DNA of 64,000 nt from Nemertoderma westbladi. Lineage: Eukaryota; Animalia; Xenacoelomorpha. The notes beneath the pieces are model-generated. The model ran no database searches, was not told the DNA's origin, and worked only from the letters and a program-made list of their open reading frames with translations. The translations under genes were made by a program, and so were the position numbers. Location: assembly GCA_032718475.1 (NCBI GenBank), contig JAUCBJ010008047.1, positions 1-64,000 of the forward strand, given 5' to 3'. This document shows, piece after piece, positions 38,244-48,279 of this stretch (positions are counted from its first letter, which is position 1; each line of letters opens with the position of its first letter).

Positions 38244-39589
38244 ACTTAGCTATACAGTTGAATGCTTACTGCTATATTTACAGTTAAAGCAAGTCTAGTA
38301 ATTCAGTATGACCGTTGGCCTAGTACCGGTAATTAATTACAATATATTAGAATACCGGTATACACTTATAGTATATATAAGTATGGTAGACTAGGTTTGT
38401 CACAAAATACCGGTATATAATTTTTAGCACAAATATATATAAATATATAATAGGCCTATCGTGAATACCGGTATGCAGCTTACACTTATAGTATATATAA
38501 GTATAATTATGAACTAGAATTAATTACAGAATACCGGTATGATTTCAGCCCAAATTTATAGAAATAAATATAATAAGCCTATGGTAAATACCGGTATGTC
38601 AATTATTTTAGAATAATTGAATTTCTGAATTTTTAGGGTTACTTGGTTACTTTAACTTACTTTATTACCGTTATTTAAGCAGTAGTCCAACTGATATTGA
38701 GACCTAGTTATTGTATGGCAGGCCTACTATTTATAAATCGTTTGAGTTGATTTAAAATATATATATATATACCCGTTTAAAATGGGTTTTGTCAATATTT
38801 GAAATAAATGTTATTATTTCTGGGGGGAGTCACTACACAGAAGATGTGCGCTCTCAGTGAAGTGCTACTTGTTGGACACTAAAACAGATAATTCTAACTT
38901 ACCTAAGTTACTTAATACTACAAATTACTTACGATACGGGTGAGATTAATTCTCTAATTAAACATAACAAAAATATTACGTACGAAATTTTAGGGTAATT
39001 TTACAGGAAGTCTACAAACCAGCCTAACAAAGGGTTAGGATTCTGGTTATTACAACGGACAGGGTACTACGGTATTTGAAAATAATAAGTAGTAGTAAAT
39101 ATATTGCGCTGTCCAGATAGGAAAAATACCACCGTCTGACGACCTATAGCCGTATCGCTATAGGTACTACGTTATGTATCACGGAGTGTTCCTACCTGGA
39201 AGTTAATTACCGCGGACTACCAGATCCAACGTGCCTATTAACCACTTTACAACACAATACACTGCCTACACACTAATTACTTTCGGAAAGCACTGTACAC
39301 TAAACCCTAAATTAGGTACAAGTACATATTAAAACAGATAACTAGCAGTTAAATATACTTGAACAGTTAAAAGAACCACGGCATCTGCTGGAGTGACCGG
39401 AGCACAAAGTCACCAGTCTTTACCTACGCCAAGCAGCCCGTGTAGTACCGGGGTTAATTTAACTATAACGGTATGTGTAACAAGCACAATTACTGTAGGA
39501 ATAAACTTGGGGACATGAATGTTGCGAATAATCGCATAAACTCTGAATAATAAATATTACGCTACCCGTACAGAATACTCAAACAAAAT

Positions 39590-40140
39590 ACAAACCAAAC
39601 GCTGGCAGACTACCACCAAGCCTAAATAAACTACAGTATGTGCAGATTCCGAAATGGTTAGTTAGTATGCGTTCTAACACGGTAGTACGACTTATTCTTT
39701 AGGAGGGGGTTGACCTTACAGCTCTGGATGCCCCAACTTACTAACTGGCACTTTATCAGACAAACTCTACACACGCAGCAATCTCTTCAGACCTAATAAT
39801 AGCTAGACAACAATCCAGCCTACAAAATATCTGAGTAATAACTATTACGGTACCTGAACAGACCACACAAACAAACACAGGCTAAAACGCTGGCAGACTA
39901 CTATCAAGCCTAAATAAACTACAGTATATGCAGATTCCAAAATGGTTAGTTAGTATGCGTTCTAACACGGTAGTACGACTTATTCTTTAAGAGGGGATTG
40001 ACCTTACAACTCAAGATGCCCCAACTTACTAACTGGCACTTTATCGGACAGACTCTACACACGCCGCAATCTCTCCAGACCCAACAACAGTCAGACAACA
40101 GTCCAGCCTACAATTATCTGAACAATCTGAGCAGACTTAC
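39590..40140 (-). repeat. ~288-bp tandem duplication in the leader of B
   Basis: AAACGCTGGCAGACTAC...CGACTTATTCTT occurs at about 39597 and 39885. Confidence 0.8.
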
Positions 40141-40306
40141 ACGTCTTCAGCTCAATATTAACTTACATGTAAATAAAACCGACAGAAATAAGTAAAATCT
40201 CAATAAAAAACCAGGGCTGCAGTCCCTGATTAAATACTAAGACCTACTGGTATACAATAATCAAAATCGAATAATACTAATGTACTTATACTGGAAGTAC
40301 CAGTTA

Positions 40307-40498
40307 GGACAGTTGGGCCTACAGACCTACAGCAGTACCGGTTCAGGCAGTTAGGCCTGCGGACCTACAGCAGTACCGGTTCAGGCAGTTAGGCCTACGG
40401 ACCTACAGCAGTACCGGTTCTGGCAGTTGGGCCTACGGACCTACAGCAGTACCGGTTCTGGCAGTTGGGCCTACGGACCTACGGCAGTACCGGTTCAG
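40307..40498. repeat. 38-bp minisatellite, 5 copies, in the leader of B
   Basis: Unit GGCAGTTRGGCCTACGGACCTACAGCAGTACCGGTTCW. Z has only one unit at the equivalent position (about 66-102). Confidence 0.9.
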
Positions 40499-40561
40499 GT
40501 TTACCGGTCGACTGGTACTTTCAACTTTATTGCTTACTGCAATAAAGACAATAACTGTTAT

Positions 40562-41747
40562 TGTACGCGCTTTTGAAGACCTTTAGCAGTTTAACCTGCC
40601 AAAATTTATATGTCTTTTGGTTTATAAATAGACTTTAGCATATGACAAGTATTTAATACCAATAAACACAACATTAGCCGAAGCCAGCCTAGTGCGCGTC
40701 CATTCACCCGCTGGATATACCCGGGAGACTGGATTCGGAGGGCTTAGATTGTTATTGCAGTGTAAGCTTACTGTATTATTCGATTGATCGTTAATAAATA
40801 ATTTCTGACAAATATTATTCACTTTCGGGAAATATTAACAGTTCCTTTAGGACGTGGCGCTCTATCTAGGTAAACAGAACTATGACTTATACTAAACACA
40901 ACGGTAAGACGGTAAGGCTTATGATTCACGTATGAGGCGCATTCTTTAGGAAATGCTTAGTTATCAGCCACAATCATGCACACTACCGGTACCGCACAAT
41001 ACTGCACACTAATCTGCCGACTGTCAATGAATTTTATCATACATAAAGAGAACAGCAATTGACTCATGTAGTGCTTATCAAATAGCATTAAATTCACTAC
41101 AAACCACGATAATATAAGTCACAATCACTATATGTAACCTGTCTCTCTAACCTGTAGTGTATCAAGAAAATTGGGAAATTTGGGTTATTTATCGATGTTC
41201 TCCAAGTAATAATATTCAACCAACTGATACAAATAATGACAACAGCAAATAGCAGTATAATAATGTATGTTGAACCGATAATGTAAGACTGAACTGATTG
41301 GGTTGTTAAGATAACAGTTATACGTTCTATAATCTAAGCCTACTAATGTTTCTTCTAAAGTCTGAAACGAATTGACTCTAGAGCCGGTGTTCTTGGCCTA
41401 GATAGAAACAACAAAAACTATAACACAGAAAACATAAGACTGAACACTCCTAGCACGATCTGTAGAATATCTCCACATCGACAGTAAAAATCGCCCTGAT
41501 TGGCTGTTAAGCTAAACAAAGAACCATGTGTCCAACGGCCGTTTCCATGCCAGCAACCAGCTGTTAGATGTCGTAATCTGAATCATCAAGGCTACACTGT
41601 GCTAGAGGATTTGAAGCATTGCGGGTTTTGTGCCTTGCCATGTCCGCCAAAGCACACATATAGACGAATGACTTTTATGTCCGTTAAAACACCTACAACG
41701 GTACTTTGCGGGCAAGGGGACTGATTATATCCGCAAAAGCTTTTACA
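40562..41747 (-). mobile_element. 5' LTR of B (1186 bp)
   Basis: Direct repeat of 25639-26825. Confidence 0.95.
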
Positions 41748-42248
41748 AGGGCTTCATAGCTTTTGCTCAGCTGCAGTGAAGCTGGATCTCACACTCTGAT
41801 GTTGCAAGAGAGCACACATTATTTATGCCATATTAAATATGTTAAGATGGCTTAGAATGAATATTGTGAATATGAATATTGTAATGGCTTCTTCTACTGT
41901 AATTCGCAATCGCAGTTGTGACGTTCCCAACAGAGCGATCTAAAAATCCCAAACTATCCAAAATACTATTAATTTTAGTACCACGACGCGACGTTGTTGT
42001 TCCGCATTGAGACGCTGCGCTCCTCCTTAAAAATGTATTCCCGGCTTTCTGAGCTGTTGAGATATAACATAAGAGGAACACCGGCTGACGGGTCTTTTCA
42101 CCAGGGTTATTGCTTCCAATATGAATCAATTGATTGAGAGTTATAGTGCAGATATATTTAAATCAGAGGGAAGTAATGTTGAATTGACATCAGTCAGTGT
42201 ACCGTTATGGCGTATCTGTATGGGCTGATTGCTGACGTGTTCCCAGGA

Positions 42249-42459
42249 GAGTCAATGGCGCAAAATGACCGCAAACACAAAATAAATTTTAGTGGGTTTT
42301 AAAAAATGGTTTAATTTAATTAAAAACGTTACGGGATAGGAACAGGTTATAGTGGCGGTGTTTTCTAACCAAAATAATAAACTATACATTATTTCACTTG
42401 CGGTCAATTTCGGCTGAAGATCACTACTTTCGCTTGCGGTCAAAGTGCGCCACTATCTG
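42249..42459. mobile_element. Small MITE with 8-bp TSD (hAT-like)
   Basis: TCCCAGGA at 42241-42248 and 42460-42467 flanks imperfect TIRs (TGGCGCAAAATGACCGCAA / TTGCGGTCAAAGTGCGCCA). Confidence 0.55.
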
Positions 42460-42915
42460 TCCCAGGAAGTGTGTAATGGGAGAATGACACTGACAGTACC
42501 GGTACAGTGTTATCTATCTACATGTAATGCCGCATTCAAACCTATAGGCCTCATAGATTTGTCAAATAAATAATTCACAAAATTTTATCAAAAGTGACAG
42601 TTGAAAGAAAAATTGCAATTTGTATCAATCATTTTCTATAATTTATCATATTTGTTAGTTATTTGTCAAATACTTAACACAAATTTATGAAAAGTGTCAA
42701 TCAAAAGAAAAGTTGTAATTTTATCGAGAACTTAGTATAACTTGCCAAAATTGTTAGTTATTTGTGAAGTATTTACAAAATATTTAAAAATTTACATGGT
42801 CTCTCGGTTTGACAAATAAAACAATCAGATATCAAGCAGACAACAAGTACTTAGTAGAACTACTATTATTTTTCACCAGGGTAGTCCGATTTCTAAGTTC
42901 TGTTGGCGCAAAGAC

Positions 42916-43477
42916 TGTGACGGGATCCCTGAGTTGGCGAGGGAATCCCGACCGGGTTTTGTCTTGGTTCAATACGACTGTGGCTGAATGACTGAAGGCC
43001 AAAGGCCGGTTATAATAAAGGAGTTTGGTGTTAATGTTGTTAATCTCTCATAAGTATACAAGTACCAGGTTCTAATCAGTACAACAGTAATCACAATGAT
43101 AGCAGACAACGACGGCGACGGTTGAAAGCAGTCCGACTTCTGCTTACCCAATATACCAATTAAAGTACAATTGACAGAGTAACGGTCATATATTACATGG
43201 GACACATTAATTACCTAGGTGTGGCCAACCAGTGGACGCGCTGTAATGGGACACATGCTGTCCCTCCATTGGTCGACCTATCCCCTGTTCCTATGCTAGC
43301 TTCTACCCTGAGATGAGCTGTGTGCTGGCATCTCTCCCTGTGGCTGGCACTGTATATTGCTAGGTGCTAATTGTTAGGTGACATTATATTTGTAATGTCA
43401 CCTAATCAACCATAATTGGTAAAAAGCCACTCTCCCCATTTTCCGCTGGGTAGTGCAGCGAATTGGACACGCTTACA
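42916..43477. mobile_element. Solo LTR
   Basis: TGTGACGGGATC...GCTTACA. Both ends are homologous to 44740-45324. Flanks are AAGAC/CAGAC (4/5 TSD match). Confidence 0.6.
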
Positions 43478-43784
43478 CAGACTAAGTTCATTATTTATTA
43501 CTTTGGCCATAACAAGACGATTTTCACTGGAAGGAATGAAGTGTAAATACATTAGGCCTACGCTGTTATCCTGTATTTTTTTCTTTCGAAACAGAATATC
43601 TAGGACTTATTACCACTGGGTCCAGTAGAGTCTATAGCATTCCGCATTCCGATTCATTTCTTGAACTGAGTCCCTGCCGAAAATAACCCATTTGACCCTA
43701 TATCCCATGAAAATAACCAAATAACACAAATGACTAGCATGCATGCAACCAGTTGTCTATGGAACAGGTTTAGCTATCTCTTAA

Positions 43785-45539
43785 CCCTATTAAACGCGGG
43801 GGGGGGGGGGGGGGGTCAATATGACCCCCCCCCCCGTGGTTTTTTTATTATAATTCTGAAACAAACGCAGTTGGGAATCTGAAATTTTATGACTTTTCCT
43901 AAAAATCTATTGTCTTCCTAGTAGTAAAAATCGTTTTCAAAAATATTGAAATATAGTTTTCGAGTTATAGCACCATTTTTTGACCTTAATTTTGGCACTT
44001 TTTTTGAGAAGTTATTTGAAAATTACATTTCATTAAATATGAATTGTAACATCTCTATTTTTGATTTACACCGGTTTTTTTGGTGTTAGCAATTGGATGG
44101 AATTTATATAAATTAATTTAGAAATTTCAAACTTGTTTTTTTCGGCGGGTGCCAAATTTTGGTGCAGGACCAAATTTTGAAATATGTCAATTTTGTAAAT
44201 TGATTGTTTGAAACTTGGTTTTTTTACGCAATTGGGGTTTTTTGGGGTTCTGGTTTCGATGAAATATATACGAGTTGCACCAAGCGTATTAAACTTGTAT
44301 TTTTCGGTGCTGTGTGCAAATTTTGGTGCTAGCACGAAATTTTGAAAATCCATTCAATAGATAAAATTGCTTGTGACAATTTATTTCTTGCGTTTTAGAG
44401 GTTTATGGAATATATAATAATCGAACTAGACATCTCAAACTTGTATTTTTCGGAAGTGGGTGCAAAATGTGGTGCTAGCACCAAATTTTGAAAACCATCA
44501 AATATATCAATTGATTGTGTTACCTGGTTTCTTGCGTTATACGGGTTTGTGAGGGTTCTGAATTCAATTGAATCAGTAAAAATTGTATAAGAGTTTTCAA
44601 ACTTGTATTTATCGCTGGTGGGTGAAAGTTGTTGTGCCAGCACCAAATTTTGGAAAATAAGAAAATTGATCAGTAGATAGTATCATCTTGTTTTTTGTGT
44701 TATACGGGTTTATGAGGGTCCGGAATCCGATGGAATCACTGTGACGGGATCAAGGGATCCCGACCGGTTTGATAGGCTACGCGTCACCATATTATTGAGA
44801 AAGATAATAGTTTGTTGTTATCGCTTTGATATTCGTTATAGATATGTAAATGGATAATGGATGATAGCACAGTTGACAGAATAATATAATAGCAGTATAC
44901 TGACCGGTAATGTAACATGTAGTGATGGTGACGGTGACGGTGCGAAATGTCACCGGTTTGCACTGAACTGAATGACTGAGTAAACTGGGCAACTGACCGG
45001 TAATGGGATAATATATGTATTCGTCCCTACATTACTTTGGCCTTTGTCCAGTGGATACTTTTACCCTGTTCCCATTGGTTGATGACCTACTTCACGCCTC
45101 TCACTTCTATGGGAGTGCCCCCCCCCCCCGCTCTTGGTAATCTGCCCTCTCGAGGTGGTTTGACCTCTAACCTCCCTTTGTGTGGCTTTTGGGGTGTATG
45201 TTATCCCCGTTATTGGGTGTGATACGAGATTGGTTGTTATCAATCTCGTATCTCCAATATTGCTGAAAAAGGCGCCACTTCCCAACTTTATGGGGATAGT
45301 GAGGCGGAATTGAATCCGCTGACAATCACTAAAAACAGCACTGGACATCGCAAACTTGTACTTTTTGGTGATGGGTAGGAAATTTGGTGCTAGCACCAAA
45401 ATTTGCCAAATTACGCCGAAAAATACAAGTACAGTAGCAATGATCTGGCATATTAGAAATGTATTCTATTAGAAGCAGTGCCCTAGAAAACCTGAAAATG
45501 TGAATTTATAGCATCGTATAAGTGAATTAAAAATTTTGT
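43785..45539. mobile_element. Second copy of the piggyBac-like element, interrupted by a solo LTR and by element C
   Basis: TTAA|CCCTATTAAAC start. Collinear with 14774-15943 up to AAAAATTTTGT, where C begins. Confidence 0.85.
44740..45324. mobile_element. Solo LTR (585 bp) with 5-bp TSD ATCAC
   Basis: TG...CA ends with ATCAC on both sides. The empty site is visible in the paralogous copy at about 15735. Confidence 0.85.
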
Positions 45540-47481
45540 TATAGAATTATATTCCCTAAATGCCGTGGATTTTCAAAATTTTATTTTATTCGAATTAACT
45601 TTGTAAAGATTGCTTTGAGTTCTCATTAGTATTGGTTCTATCTATTGTGTATCTATCGGTCAAGTGGTTCAGTAGCTCAGTTGGTAGAGCGTTGGAAATT
45701 ATATGTGTAGTAGGTATCGAGTTCGAATCCTAGTAAGTGCGAATTATTTTTTGTGCAGAATTTCAACTCATTTAAATTAACCGCTACAAATTAATTGCAT
45801 TTGTCTGTACCAATGAGACTGTAGTTATTTGATTGTAACCAATGTCGTGCAAGTTATATATTAGCTGGACCAATAGCTATCTTTAAAACCTTGTTAGAAC
45901 TCATAGAACAATCGAGAATTTTCTCGATTGATTGCGGCACAAATTTAGTATATAAAGGTGCGATTCGTTCATTAGTTATCTAATCTACTCAATCTTATAT
46001 TTCATTTATTCTCAGATTACATTGTATTATAATTGTATCTTTTGTAATAAAAGTCAAAAATACTAGTCACATCTCAGCTTTTCTATCTGTTTTACCATGG
46101 TCTCACTACGGTGAACAAACTCAGGGACAGGATGGCCGGCTAGAGATCGGGCCGCAGCAATGAACGGGAACATCACGGGAATGTAGACGAGAGACAACCC
46201 GCAATACCATCTAGTGTTATTCGCCCATCGCCTGAAAGGTTAGACAGCGTTCGATCCTTGCTACCTAAGTATAAGACCAAAAGATCAAAGGTAGACGTAG
46301 TGACACGCTGTAAGCCCAAAATTACATCATAGGGACTGTACTGTCTTGATTCAGGGAAAACCGCAGTAGACCTTCATATTCCTACGGGGGGAGGAGAGAG
46401 AGCAGATACTAGTACGCAGATAGGACGTAGGCACACCGGTACAAGGCATACACATTGGTTAGGGTGCAGCAAACTGTACGCTTAACTCTTGCTAAGTACA
46501 GGTGTGTGTGCGACTATTTGCAGTACGACCGTGTCTATTACATCAGAACTTGTAGGCTAGGGGGTTGCTGTGTTTTCACCTGAATTGGGATTGTACCGTT
46601 CAGGCGGTAGGGCAGTTTACGCTAGGCGCAAATAAATTGAGGCTATCAGGGATATACTAACATCTACCGTGTCCCCGCCAACGCCCTAATAGGAAGTTAC
46701 CCGGACTACCTGGGTGACTAAAATTCTAGATAGGAACCAGGATAGCTATTAGTACCCGTACGCCTACAGTAGTAAACTAACACATCTCTTCTTAGTATCA
46801 GGGACCTGGTACCTAAAATTGCCGAATTCTGGGCGTAGTATTAACCTTATGCCTGAATTTGAGTCCTGGAAATACGCAAGAGGGGAAGGAACCTTATCAT
46901 TCGTGAGTATTGGACCTACAAGTTATAAAATTAGAATATTCGTAAAATGCACACCGTACCCAGTAATTATATATGTGAAGGAGCAAAACTGTTTTGACCA
47001 TTCAGAATTAACACACGCGCGTTAGAAATTATTAACACCTCAAAATATATAAAATTAACTTTCGTCCTTACTGCACTTTGCTCGCTAGTTAGACATCTCC
47101 AAATCTGCTCTATACCTAGCTAGCGTCCCTTTGCCCAACCATATAAATCACACCGCGGCAAAGTATACGAGCCCCTTAGTCCGTCAGTGAGTCAGCCTGA
47201 TTTTAGGATTCGCTGCGCGGGATTTTGTTTTATCGAAGTTTGTCTGCTCGTAGACTGTTTTCTGCCTCACCGGTTAAAAGAGATCGATACTGCAATATAT
47301 TCGCTTACTTGGGGTTTACTGTTTTGGTGAGAAGGTCGGATTTATGATTTGATTTACAAACTTTACAGTAGGATATTGCAGGTATTGTTACCGTTTCTTC
47401 CGATAGTAGGAATAGGCGTATCTCTCCAATTTAGTAGGAATATGATTATTTTAACATATTTCCTAATTTAGTAGGAATATG
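45540..47481 (+). mobile_element. 5' terminal repeat of C (LTR; exact 3' boundary unresolved)
   Basis: Direct repeat of 60596-62561. Contains a tRNA-like cassette, three CCAAT boxes (about 45810, 45839, 45870), TATATAAA (about 45948) and AATAAA (about 46046). Confidence 0.8.
45666..45752 (+). ncRNA. tRNA-like Pol III cassette within the C 5' LTR
   Basis: A box TAGCTCAGTTGG, D-stem GCTC/GAGC, B box GAGTTCGAATCC and T6 terminator. The acceptor and anticodon stems do not pair. Confidence 0.55.
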
Positions 47482-47690
47482 TTTTACTGAACTACGGTTC
47501 GGTAGGACTAAAGTTATTTGAAAATTTTGTATTTTGAGGTAAAAGTTTGTATTTGATTAGCTAAGTGCTAATTTTTTGAAATAAAATTTGATTTGAACCG
47601 CGTGTAAAATATTTTTGGAATTGAATACCGGTGTTTAAAAAGGGTTTAAATACCATATTGTACCGGTACAAAATTTTTCGTAAAGTAAAA

Positions 47691-47711
47691 CCTAACTCTT
47701 TTGTTTTTCAG
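47691..47711 (+). promoter_or_regulatory. Predicted splice acceptor in the leader of C
   Basis: Branch point CCTAAC followed by TCTTTTGTTTTTCAG|G. Confidence 0.55.
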
Positions 47712-48279
47712 GATTCAGAACTCATTTCTAGACTGTAACGGGAGCAAGACCGTGTTTAGCAAGTTTGGGAGATAGATAACTCAACAACTTTGGTTGGGAA
47801 AATCGCGTTTCGTCCGCAACGTTAAAAACGGAAAGGTTCACGTCCGGTTTGTATCTGGGAATCTGTTTTTCTGGAGAATTATTGGAGTGGGTGAGTTCGA
47901 AAAGTTGCATAAATAAGTTAGGCATTACCGTATTAGTTAAAATTATTGTGGGTTCCACTGTCTCAAGTATTTATGCATTCCGTATGATTTCTTTGTTCAT
48001 TGCTGAATTAGTCCGTATTATTGTATTTAATTTACCTTTTGATAACGCATATCGTTATCCGATTTATTTGTTATAAAATTGGCCGCTAGGCTAATTTTAT
48101 TATATACTTATTCCGTGACATTTATTTGCTGTAAAATTGGCCGTTTAGGCTAATTTTATCCATCTGCTATAAAATCGGCCGGTAGGCTAATTTTATATGA
48201 CTGTAATTAGTACCGTTTTATACAAATACGGTAAACTCGATACTTTGACACTCACTTCACTTGACTTACAACTACCGAA

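Larger units (their letters stand above)
25639..41747 (-). mobile_element. Full-length BEL/Pao LTR retrotransposon B (16,109 bp)
   Basis: Two near-identical LTRs with TG...CA ends, 5-bp TSD AGGGC (25634-25638 and 41748-41752), a PPT, and gag-PR-RT-RH-IN domain order. Confidence 0.95.

Noticed and set aside
40307-40498. 38-bp repeats as a CRISPR array
   Set aside because: Head-to-tail units with no unique spacers, no cas genes, and a eukaryotic retroelement context.
41842-42129. Possible host exon
   Set aside because: No recognisable domain and no clear splice context.
45666-45752. Functional tRNA gene
   Set aside because: Acceptor, anticodon and T stems do not pair. Only the promoter boxes and D-arm remain.
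46098-46115. TGGTCTCACTACGG as the PBS of C
   Set aside because: I cannot match it to a tRNA 3' end. It differs in the 3' copy (preceded by CTA), forms a local C-UACG-G hairpin, and the terminal repeat continues for 1.4 kb. Not fully excluded.
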